In this document: positions 50,507 to 58,419 of the stretch, in pieces
Layout: the number at the start of each line of letters is the position of its first letter
Position numbering within the stretch: position 1 is the stretch's first letter
Source: Thermodesulfobacteriota bacterium
Lineage (GTDB): Bacteria; Desulfobacterota; Binatia; Bin18
Reading direction: 5' to 3'
DNA: 64,000 nucleotides
Assembly: GCA_964291405.2 (NCBI GenBank)
Contig: OZ219926.1
Location: 4,608,001 to 4,672,000, forward strand
Made by a program: the position numbers and the translations under genes
Notes under the pieces: generated by a model
Told to the model about the DNA's origin: nothing
What the model saw: only the letters and a program-made list of their open reading frames with translations
Database searches by the model: none

Positions 50507-51595
50507 ATGAGTCTGACGCGCATGGTGGGTAGGCGCTCCGTTGAAAACACACTCCTGTTCGACATCCTGCCGCGGGTGAGTCGATCGTTTTACCTGAGTG
50601 TCCGGATTCTCCCCAAGGCGCTCCGACGACCGATCGGGCTGGCCTATTTGTTCTGCCGGGCCGCGGACACCATAGCGGATACGCGCCTCGTTCCGCGGGC
50701 GGACCGCTTGGAGCGCCTGCTGGAGTATCGAGCCGCGTTTGCAGAGCAGAATCTAACGGTCTGTCAGACCCTGGAGAGCGAGCTTGCCCCGCGCCAGGAC
50801 AATCCCGCCGAGCGTACTTTACTCTCAAGTCTCGGACAGTGCTTCTCGTGCCTGGACGCACTCGACCCGCAAGATCAGGCCCATATCCGTACGCTCGTCC
50901 TTACCCTGACGCAGGGGATGCAAATGGATCTGACGGTGTTCCCGTCCGAAGAGGAGGGGCGGGTTGGCGTGCTGGAAACGCGGGCCGACCTGGACCGCTA
51001 CACCTATTTTGTGGCCGGATGTGTCGGCGAGTTCTGGACGAAAATCTCTCTGAACCATACTGCCTCGCTGCACCACTGGAATGCCGAAGACATGCTGGCA
51101 CGGGCGGTACGATTTGGCAAAGGCCTGCAACTCACCAATATCCTGCGCGACCTTGCACAAGACCTGCGGATCGGACGCTGCTATCTCCCCCGGACCGATC
51201 TCTCTGCCATTGGGGTGGAACCGGAACAACTGCGCGGAGCGGACCGGCGGGAAGCCCTGAAGACGATCCGGCCGCTGTTGAGTGAGTTGCTGGAGGTTAC
51301 CCTGAGCCATTATCAAGAGGGCTGGGTCTATACTCAGGCCATCCCCAGACGAGAGTGGCAACTGCGCCTCGCCTGCGCCTGGCCTTTGCTCATCGGTGCC
51401 GCAACCGTCCATCTCCTGCGTGACGCGCCAGACCTGCTCGATCCGGCCGTCCGGGTGAAGATTCCACGTGTACACCTCTATCGAATCCTCCTTGGCTCCT
51501 TGATGACGGTCTGGTCAAATCGGGCGCTGACACGCCATTACCACGCGGTCCGCTTTCCTGGCCAGGACCTGGATTCAGTCGAGCACTCCCTATGA
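50507..51595 (+). CDS. Squalene/phytoene synthase family protein (FDFT1-like)
   Basis: RVSRSF, YLFCRAADTIAD, YTYFVAGCVGEF, GLQLTNILRD, GRCYLP. Confidence 0.88.
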   Translation: MSLTRMVGRRSVENTLLFDILPRVSRSFYLSVRILPKALRRPIGLAYLFCRAADTIADTRLVPRADRLERLLEYRAAFAEQNLTVCQTLESELAPRQDNPAERTLLSSLGQCFSCLDALDPQDQAHIRTLVLTLTQGMQMDLTVFPSEEEGRVGVLETRADLDRYTYFVAGCVGEFWTKISLNHTASLHHWNAEDMLARAVRFGKGLQLTNILRDLAQDLRIGRCYLPRTDLSAIGVEPEQLRGADRREALKTIRPLLSELLEVTLSHYQEGWVYTQAIPRREWQLRLACAWPLLIGAATVHLLRDAPDLLDPAVRVKIPRVHLYRILLGSLMTVWSNRALTRHYHAVRFPGQDLDSVEHSL

Positions 51596-52170
51596 AAAAA
51601 GAAACGCAGAAAACCCTGGGACGAAGCCGGCGTGGAAACGCCTGGCAGGGGCAGACCTTGCCTGACTATTTAAGAAAAAATTTGGATATTGTGTTTGTCG
51701 GTCTGAATCCCGGCCTCTATTCTGCCGAAGTCGGCCATTATTTTGCCAACAAGGTCAATCGTTTCTGGGAGGCGCTGTCGGCTTCAGGCCTGGTTCCCGA
51801 CCCGGTTGGGCCGGAAGATGACGCCCGACTCATGGGCTGGGGCATTGGGCTGACCGATATCGTCAAGCGTCCGACCAGAGGTATTCATGAGGTCTCGCAA
51901 GCTGAGTTTCGTCGCGGCGCAAAAGCGCTCCGCGAAAAAATTGTTCGTTATGCGCCGCGTATCGTATGCTTTAATGGTCTGACCGGCTACCGCATCTGTT
52001 GTGGTAAAGATGCCGGGCTGGGCGACCGGGACCACCGCTTTGGTGGTGCCCATGTGTTCGCGGTGCCCTCGACCAGCCCACGGAATGCGCACTACTCGCT
52101 GAACGATATTGTTGCGGCGCTGCGCGATCTCAAGGAGTTCAAAGAGTCGCTCCAGGCCAAGGCTCGTTAA
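51592..52170 (+). CDS. mug: G/U mismatch-specific DNA glycosylase
   Basis: FVGLNPG, HYFA, NRFW, GLTD, PSTS. Confidence 0.9.
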   Translation: MKKETQKTLGRSRRGNAWQGQTLPDYLRKNLDIVFVGLNPGLYSAEVGHYFANKVNRFWEALSASGLVPDPVGPEDDARLMGWGIGLTDIVKRPTRGIHEVSQAEFRRGAKALREKIVRYAPRIVCFNGLTGYRICCGKDAGLGDRDHRFGGAHVFAVPSTSPRNAHYSLNDIVAALRDLKEFKESLQAKAR

Positions 52171-52190
52171 AGCATAGACTCACGACGAAT

Positions 52191-52538
52191 TTAGGCGTCA
52201 CCCCGATACGGACGGGTCACCACCCGAGCGCCGTTATGGATAAAGAAGGAGCGGACGATATTCTCCAAATCGTGTCCGACGCGGGGATTCGAGGTCTGGG
52301 TTTTGACGAATTTCTTGAGACGGCGAATAAAATCGACCTTCTCTCCTCTGTCCGCGAGGGCCTCGACAATAACCGTATCCGGGTCCTTTTCCTCAGACCG
52401 GCAGAAATCGGCCAAGGTCTGAAGGCGACTATCCCACTCCTCATCGCTGAGATTGTAATAGCGATTGACGTTCTCGATCCACTTTTGGACGCTGGGATAA
52501 GATTTCAAGTCGTTCATGGTTGCTGTGTTTCTCTCCAT
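52191..52538 (-). CDS. Small hypothetical protein B (paralog of 53665-54024)
   Basis: SVQKW, LADFC..KDPD, NIVRSFFIHNG; start may be ATG 52517. Confidence 0.8.
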   Translation of the reverse strand: MERNTATMNDLKSYPSVQKWIENVNRYYNLSDEEWDSRLQTLADFCRSEEKDPDTVIVEALADRGEKVDFIRRLKKFVKTQTSNPRVGHDLENIVRSFFIHNGARVVTRPYRGDA

Positions 52539-52637
52539 TCGTCAGCTACCCTCTCCTGACGTGTGATGCAGATTGTGGCGTGAGCCTCCCGGGACCGGTC
52601 CGGCGGCCCCCGCCTCGGGCCGCTCGCCCTCCCGCTT

Positions 52638-52690
52638 CCTGGGAGCGCGGCCATCTTGGCCGCTTGCGGGCTGAAAGCCCGCACTCCTGG
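52638..52690. repeat. REP-like palindromic doublet
   Basis: GGGAGCGCGGCC-ATCTT-GGCCGC followed by TGCGGGC-TGAAA-GCCCGCA-CTCC. Confidence 0.65.
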
Positions 52691-52760
52691 CCCCCTGTCG
52701 CAGACAGGAACTGCGCAGGGGAGCGAGGGGCCGCCGAGTAATGTCATTTGCATCACACGT

Positions 52761-52792
52761 CTCCTGCTGGGAGAGGGGCTGCGGGTGAGGGT
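52761..52792 (-). repeat. CCCTCACCC..CCCTCTCCC-type intergenic repeat
   Basis: Reverse complement ACCCTCACCCGCAGCCCCTCTCCCAGCAGGAG; related to copies at 54049 and 57145. Confidence 0.6.
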
Positions 52793-52802
52793 GTATATGC
52801 TC

Positions 52803-53636
52803 CTACAGCGGAAAACCCAACATGCGGGCCAGATGCTTGAGTTCTTCAAAACGTCCGGGCTTGGGCATTTCTTCTTGGAGCAGTTTTTCTTCTTCCAATT
52901 TTTCGACAACCTCGGCATCACGCGCAAACGGCTTGCCATAGGCGCCGTCATAATAGAGCGTTTCAAAGGGCAGGCGGGGTCGCTGGCCGCCCCCATCCGG
53001 GGATTCTGCAGGATAGCCAACTAACTGACACCAGACCGGGACCCAGCCCTCAGGAGCCTTCAGGACGGCGTGGAGGTCTGGAGTTTTCTCGGCCGAAGCA
53101 GCCATATGCAGGCAGGTGCCGAGTCCCTCGTTGACGGCAGCCAGAACGGCGACCGCGCACGCTCCGACCGTCTCCTGCCGGGCAACCGCCTCTGCTGCCT
53201 CACGCGGGAGGCCGTGAATCAGCGAGTGGATGGCCGGCATGCCTTCGGGTGCGGTCTCGCCTTTGACAATGGCCGAATCAATCGTCTCATGCGTCCAGCC
53301 GTAGAAGGTCGGTAGCGCACCGAGGTCTACCAGGTCATGAACCCGGGTCCGAAAGGTGTCTGCGGTAGAACCCTCCACATCGGCGAACCAGTAGATCCAG
53401 ACTGGCGCGTTGACGTGCGCACCCTGATAGTTGTCACACGCCAGCAGGGTTTCCCGATCTTCTTTTGACAGGGCATCACGTTCAACAACAATGGCCCGCC
53501 ACGGCTGGAGGTTGCCCGGACAGGTGGTCAAACGGACTACTTCGAGAATCCGTTGTATCTTCTCCTTTTCGACCTGCTCCCAGGGCTTGAAAATCCGAAT
53601 ACTGCGCCGTGAACCAACAACTTCGAGAAAATCCAT
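52803..53636 (-). CDS. Nitroreductase-fold protein B
   Basis: SRRSIR, CPGNLQPW, AVNEGLGTC, VGYPAE, RPR. Confidence 0.88.
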   Translation of the reverse strand: MDFLEVVGSRRSIRIFKPWEQVEKEKIQRILEVVRLTTCPGNLQPWRAIVVERDALSKEDRETLLACDNYQGAHVNAPVWIYWFADVEGSTADTFRTRVHDLVDLGALPTFYGWTHETIDSAIVKGETAPEGMPAIHSLIHGLPREAAEAVARQETVGACAVAVLAAVNEGLGTCLHMAASAEKTPDLHAVLKAPEGWVPVWCQLVGYPAESPDGGGQRPRLPFETLYYDGAYGKPFARDAEVVEKLEEEKLLQEEMPKPGRFEELKHLARMLGFPL

Positions 53637-53664
53637 GCTGTCCTCCTTAATGCCGTGTGCCAGC

Positions 53665-54024
53665 TTATGACAGTGGGCTCGTTTGTAATAAGACGCCGTT
53701 ATGGATCAAAAAGCTGCGGATATAATTCCCCTTTTGTCGCTTTTCGCCTGCACCGCCTCCGATATGGGATTCAAACTCGGTGATCCGGTCCGCGTAAAGA
53801 CGTCGGCCCTTGGCGCGAATTTTTTTCCCACCCTCCACCTCGCGCAAGCACTCCGCAATAATCTGATCCGGCTCCTTGTCTACCAGGGCGCAGAAATCCT
53901 GTAAGACCGCTACGCGCTGTAATCCCTCGTCGCGGGACACGCCGGACTGGTCCTCCAGGCCTTTCAGCCACGTCTGAACCGTTTTCGTTTTCTCTATATC
54001 CATCGGCTCTATATCTATCGGCAT
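53665..54024 (-). CDS. Small hypothetical protein A (paralog of 52191-52538)
   Basis: TVQTW, LQDFC..KEPD, NYIRSFLIHNG; GAGGA RBS. Confidence 0.8.
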   Translation of the reverse strand: MPIDIEPMDIEKTKTVQTWLKGLEDQSGVSRDEGLQRVAVLQDFCALVDKEPDQIIAECLREVEGGKKIRAKGRRLYADRITEFESHIGGGAGEKRQKGNYIRSFLIHNGVLLQTSPLS

Positions 54025-54048
54025 AATGTGCGGTATCCTCTTGGCGAG

Positions 54049-54090
54049 CCCTCACCCGGCCTTCGGCCACCCTCTCCCAGGGGGAGAGGG
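54049..54090 (+). repeat. Palindromic intergenic repeat
   Basis: CCCTCACCCGGCCTTCGGCCACCCTCTCCCAGGGGGAGAGGG. Confidence 0.75.
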
Positions 54091-54102
54091 GATAAGGGCA
54101 TG

Positions 54103-54891
54103 CTATTCTTCCGGCAAGCCCAGCATACGGCTCACCGCACGGACTTCCTCTTTCCGCCACGAAAAGGGCGCTGGGTCCTGAAGCATCTTCTCGGCCCGCA
54201 GCCGGGCAGCCCCTTCCTCTGTGCCTCGGAACGGCTGTCCATATTTCCCCTCATGGAACAGCTCGCCCAGCGGAGGACGGGGGCGTTGGCCGCCGGCTTC
54301 CCAACTCTCCGCCGGGTAACCAACAAACTGGACCCATAACGAGGTCCAGGAATCGGGCACCCCAAGCACCTGGCGGGCGGGTTCTTCAGGATAGGTACAC
54401 AGCATGGTCCCCAGTCCTTCATCGACCGCGGCAAGGAGTGCCTGCGAGATGGCCAGACCCGCTTCACAGCCCGTCACCTTGGCGCAGAGGACATCGTCAG
54501 AACTGAAGGCTTGAACGACCTGGGGGTAGGCAACTTCGTTGATGAAAGTATGCGTCCAGCCATGACTGATATTGAGGATGCCCATATCGACCTGCTCCGC
54601 CGCTCGGGAGGGCATGTCGCGGGCAAAGGCTTTGAGGTCGCCCCACCAGTAGACATGGATGGGCGCCATTTCGATCATACCGGCATTCACCGGCAGCGTC
54701 AGCGACTCTAGGTCAGACTTTGACAGGGCATCCCGCTCGACCACGATGGCCCGCGCGAAGTCGGCATTCCCGGCTCGGCTCGCCAATCTCGCGGCCTCAA
54801 GAATGGTCTGCACTTTGTCCCGTTCCACCGGCCGCCACGGCAGGAAATACCGAATCGAGCGTCTGCGACCAACAACTTCTTTGAATTCCAC
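54103..54891 (-). CDS. Nitroreductase-fold protein A
   Basis: RRRSIR, AVDEGLGT, VGYPAE, RPR; GTG start at 54891 with GGAGG RBS, aligning with the start of paralog B. Confidence 0.88.
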   Translation of the reverse strand: MEFKEVVGRRRSIRYFLPWRPVERDKVQTILEAARLASRAGNADFARAIVVERDALSKSDLESLTLPVNAGMIEMAPIHVYWWGDLKAFARDMPSRAAEQVDMGILNISHGWTHTFINEVAYPQVVQAFSSDDVLCAKVTGCEAGLAISQALLAAVDEGLGTMLCTYPEEPARQVLGVPDSWTSLWVQFVGYPAESWEAGGQRPRPPLGELFHEGKYGQPFRGTEEGAARLRAEKMLQDPAPFSWRKEEVRAVSRMLGLPEE

Positions 54892-55062
54892 CGATCTATC
54901 CTCCGAAAGATAGGCTGCGTTGTGCGCAGCGCGTGACAGGCGGAAGTGTACAGACTTTTCTGATCTGCTGGAAGGGTAGGCAGATGGCTCTTCTGGTCGA
55001 TCTCCCCCCACCGCTATGGTAGGATACCTGCCATCCAGACAAGGCTGCGAGGAGTAATATCC

Positions 55063-55842
55063 ATGAAGATAACCGTTCGTCCCGCTTACCTGACTATGTG
55101 CGTCCTCTCGTTTTTTATCGTCAGTTGTGCCGCACCCAAGACGCCGCCTCGGGTGGTGCGAGAGAAGCCCAAGCTGACGGCAACTTCCTGTGAAGAGGCG
55201 AACCGGCTGGTCTATAAAGCCGTCCAGGCGATGGGCTATACTATTGCTGAGTACTCACTCGCACGGCCGGGGCAGGTCGGGCGCATTTCTGCCGTAAAGG
55301 AGAATGCGACCTCTGGGATCGTTACTATTTCATGTACAGAGAGTAGTGCCAGTATTGATGCCCGGAACGCGGTCAATGTCCCGTCGCTGATTGGTGCGGC
55401 AGAGCGGCCGCACCATTTTGTGAACAGCTTTCCCATGTCGTATCAGATGGTCCAGCGGCGCGAGGCGTATCAAACCGCCAACCCCGAAACCGGCACCCTC
55501 CAACTGACCATTGTGCCGCTCAATAGTTTTGAATCCCAGAACGTTTTGGGCTCGGATATACAGGCGAGCGGGATCTTGCCCGTGCGGGTGACGGTCCTGA
55601 ACAACACGCCCCGGCCCTATGCGATTGAGGCCAGCAAGATTTTTCTGGTGCCCGAAGGTGGCGGGCGGGTTGCCCCGGTCTCCTCACCGAGCGGGGGCAG
55701 CGCGCTCCAGGATATGACCATCGAGCCCGGCCAAAGTGCGTCCGGCTTTCTCTACTATCCGGCCGGAAACTATTCTTCCGCCCGCACTTCCGTGATCGAC
55801 AAAGAGAACGACGAACGCGAGGGATTTTCGGTGCAGTTTTGA
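55063..55842 (+). CDS. Hypothetical lipoprotein
   Basis: GAGGAG RBS; lipobox IVSC; C-terminal beta-rich segment (IEPGQSASGFLYY). Confidence 0.75.
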   Translation: MKITVRPAYLTMCVLSFFIVSCAAPKTPPRVVREKPKLTATSCEEANRLVYKAVQAMGYTIAEYSLARPGQVGRISAVKENATSGIVTISCTESSASIDARNAVNVPSLIGAAERPHHFVNSFPMSYQMVQRREAYQTANPETGTLQLTIVPLNSFESQNVLGSDIQASGILPVRVTVLNNTPRPYAIEASKIFLVPEGGGRVAPVSSPSGGSALQDMTIEPGQSASGFLYYPAGNYSSARTSVIDKENDEREGFSVQF

Positions 55843-55847
55843 CTCTC

Positions 55848-56445
55848 CTAATGCCCCACCTGTTCCCGCGCTTTGTCAACATAGCGTTGAATCAGCAGGC
55901 GCATGGTTTCCGCAGGCTGAATGCCGATAAGCGGGAACTCGCCGAGCAGAAAGGTAGGATACCCGACCACGCCCGGCTTCCTGCTCGGTTGCCCGGACCC
56001 GCTGGGTCAGCTCGCCGGACTGGAGCGACTGCTCCAATTCAGCCACGGGCAAACCCACCTGTTCTGCTACGCCAAGCAAAACAGACAGGTCGCCAATATC
56101 CTCCTCTGCCTCAAACGCGGCCACAAAAATCGCTTCGTGACAGGCGGCAAACAGGTTGTGGTCTTTGGCGAATTCAGCTGCCTCCAAGGCGTAGGTCGAG
56201 TCCAGCCATTTTGCCGGGATACGCAGCGGGACGCCGGTTTCGCGCGAGATGCGAACAATTTTGCCTTTGGCCTCGTCTCCGATCATCTCGCCGTTTTTCC
56301 AGCCCTGGTGACGGCGGGCAATGTTTACGCCCTTCCACAACAGCTCGATTGCGAGCTGACCGTCGAGCTGTTCCATCACACGCTTGGCGATATAGCTGAG
56401 GGAAGAGGCATAATCGTAGTAGACCGGGATTTTGACATTCGTCAT
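55848..56445 (-). pseudogene. DsbA/FrnE (2-hydroxychromene-2-carboxylate isomerase-like) family protein, frameshifted near 55974
   Basis: N-terminus [24 protein letters not shown]; the family C-terminus [16 protein letters not shown] is in another frame and ends at 55848. Confidence 0.7.
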
Positions 56446-56537
56446 GGCTTCATTACCTGGTGGCCGAAACTCTACCCGGCGTTCCATTGCACGGGCAAGA
56501 GGGTTGGACTATATAGCGAAAGGCAAGGGAGGTGCGT

Positions 56538-57137
56538 ATGGGACAGATTGAAGTCCTCAGTCCAATTGGCGAAGCGCAAGCCGGTGATCTGCCGCTTGCT
56601 CGACGAGAGGGGAGCCTGCGCGGGAAGACCATCGGCTTTCTGAATAACCGGAAGGCCAACGCCGGCCTGCTGCTCGAACAGGTGGAAGCGCTGCTGCACG
56701 AACGCTGCGGCGATTTCGCCGTTATCAAAGGTGAAAAAAACGCCTCGCTCGGCGCACCCAAGGAGGTCATGGCCCGCCTGTCCACCTGTGATGTGGTTGT
56801 CGCGGCCATAGGCGATTGAGGCTCGTGCACGTCGTGGGGTCTCCACGACACCATTGAACTGGAAAAGCAAGGCATTCCGACCGCCGTCATTTGCAGCGAC
56901 GAGTTTGCTCCGCTCGGCCGGGCCGAGTCCCGCACCCTGGGTATGAGCGGTGTACCCATTGCCGTGATTCCCCATCCCCTGGCCGGCAATACACCGCAGG
57001 TGGTACAGGCCAAAGCCGTAGCTGTGGTGGATGAAATTCTGGCCATTCTGACCCAGCCGGCAGAGCAGTTGGCCGACACGTATCGCGGGCGGTTTCTCAA
57101 GCCGATGGAGAAAAAGATCGAGCGGGTGTCGGCCTAA
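56538..57137 (+). CDS. UGSC-family selenoprotein (Sec encoded by TGA 56817-56819)
   Basis: ORFs 56532-56819 and 56943-57137 are one frame joined across TGA: [31 protein letters not shown]..; GGAGG RBS; downstream hairpin. Confidence 0.88.
56817..56852 (+). promoter_or_regulatory. Putative bacterial SECIS element
   Basis: TGA, 11-nt spacer, then GTCGTGG-GGTCT-CCACGAC (56831-56849) with a G-containing apical loop. Confidence 0.75.
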
Positions 57138-57144
57138 TCAACCT

Positions 57145-57202
57145 CCTCATCCCCGACCCCCTTCGACTAGGCTCAGGACAGGCTCTCCCTCAGGGGAGAG
57201 GG
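57145..57202 (+). repeat. Composite intergenic repeat
   Basis: CCTCATCCCC...CTCTCCCTCAGGGGAGAGGG interrupted by CCCTTCGACTAGGCTCAGGACAGG. Confidence 0.55.
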
Positions 57203-57214
57203 AGCAAGAGCATA

Positions 57215-58300
57215 ATGGATTTCCAATCAGACCGAATCTCCCTGGACGACTCTCTCGAAACCGTCAACGATTGGTTTTACGACCAAGGCTGGACGGACGG
57301 TCTACCGATTATTCCACCTACACAAGAGCGGGTGGAAAAGATGCTGGCCTGGACGGACCGCGCTCCTCAAGACGTCCTGGGGCCGATACCGCCCAAATAC
57401 GGCCTTGCCACCCTGGAAAAATTAGCCGTAAATGCGGTCATGGCCGGCTGTGTGCCCGAATACTTTCCGGTCATTATTGCCGCGGTCGAGGCACTGCTTG
57501 AAGGCCCGTTCAATCTATATGGGGTTCAGAGCACCACCCACCCCTGCGCGCCGCTGCTGATTCTCAACGGCCCGATTGCGACGGAAATCGGCGTCAACTC
57601 GCGCTATAACGCGTTTGGCCAGGGCTGGCGGCCAAACGCCACGATCGGCCGAGCGATTCGCCTGGTCTTGCTGAATGTCGGCGGGGGAACGCCGGGTATG
57701 CTGGACCGCTCGACCCAGGGTCAGCCCTCAAAATACAGCTATTGTATTGCCGAGAACGAGGAAGAAAACCCATGGGGGCCACTGCACGTCGAACGGGGCT
57801 TTGCGGCCGAGACCAGCACGGTCACGGTGTGCGGAGCGGAGGGGCCGCATAATATCAACGACCATATCAGCAGTGCCGCGCCAGGGATTCTGACGACCAT
57901 CGCCAGCACCATGGCCGGTATGGGCTCGAATAACGCCTACGCGTTTGGTGAGCCGATTCTCGCGCTTGGACCGGAGCACGCCGAGATCCTGGCCCGAGAC
58001 GGCATCTCAAAAGACGACATCCGCACCTATGTGTTTGAGCACGCCCGGGTGCCGCGTGAACAATGGGAGGCGGGCGGTATGATCGGTATGGGGTTTACCC
58101 CCGATGACGCCTTTCCCGACGCGGACGCCATCCCGCTGATTCGCAAGCCGGAACGGCTCATGATTCTTGTCGTCGGCGGTCCGGGTCGCCACTCGTGCTG
58201 GATGCCCACGTTCGGGGCTATGACCCGCTCCGTGACCCGCCAGATTGCCCTCAAAGACGGCCGGCCGGCCACGTCCATTCAAGAGTTTCGTCATGCGTGA
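57215..58300 (+). CDS. Conserved hypothetical protein, probable partner of the UGSC selenoprotein
   Basis: GWTDGLPIIPPT, EKLAVNAVMAGC.PEY.P, NATIGRA.RL, IAENEE, PLHVERG, GGPG motifs; directly downstream of the selenoprotein. Confidence 0.85.
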   Translation: MDFQSDRISLDDSLETVNDWFYDQGWTDGLPIIPPTQERVEKMLAWTDRAPQDVLGPIPPKYGLATLEKLAVNAVMAGCVPEYFPVIIAAVEALLEGPFNLYGVQSTTHPCAPLLILNGPIATEIGVNSRYNAFGQGWRPNATIGRAIRLVLLNVGGGTPGMLDRSTQGQPSKYSYCIAENEEENPWGPLHVERGFAAETSTVTVCGAEGPHNINDHISSAAPGILTTIASTMAGMGSNNAYAFGEPILALGPEHAEILARDGISKDDIRTYVFEHARVPREQWEAGGMIGMGFTPDDAFPDADAIPLIRKPERLMILVVGGPGRHSCWMPTFGAMTRSVTRQIALKDGRPATSIQEFRHA

Positions 58301-58332
58301 AAACACCAGGCCCGCGTTGCGCGGGCTGTGAG

Positions 58333-58396
58333 CCCGAGCGGCACTTGAGCGATGTAAATCAACACCCGAGCGGCGCTTGAGCGGTGCAAATCTACA
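58333..58396 (+). repeat. Tandem 2 x 32-bp direct repeat upstream of ychF
   Basis: CCCGAGCGGCACTTGAGCGATGTAAATCAACA / CCCGAGCGGCGCTTGAGCGGTGCAAATCTACA (28/32 identical). Confidence 0.8.
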
Positions 58397-58419
58397 CCTA
58401 AGCTGCTAGACTCCGGCCT

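Noticed and set aside
52514-53024. ORFs 52514-53020, 52520-52741 and 52656-53024
   Set aside because: They overlap nitroreductase B and GC-rich repeat DNA and give low-complexity products.
52191-54024. Small proteins as remnants of decayed integrases
   Set aside because: Both are intact with an RBS and shared conserved motifs, and no catalytic-domain remnant follows; kept as functional unknowns.
56532-57137. Two separate small genes or a nonsense pseudogene
   Set aside because: A single frame, the U-G-S-C motif and the SECIS-like hairpin favour one selenoprotein.
58333-58396. Possible mini-CRISPR
   Set aside because: Two abutting units with no spacer, and no cas genes in the window.
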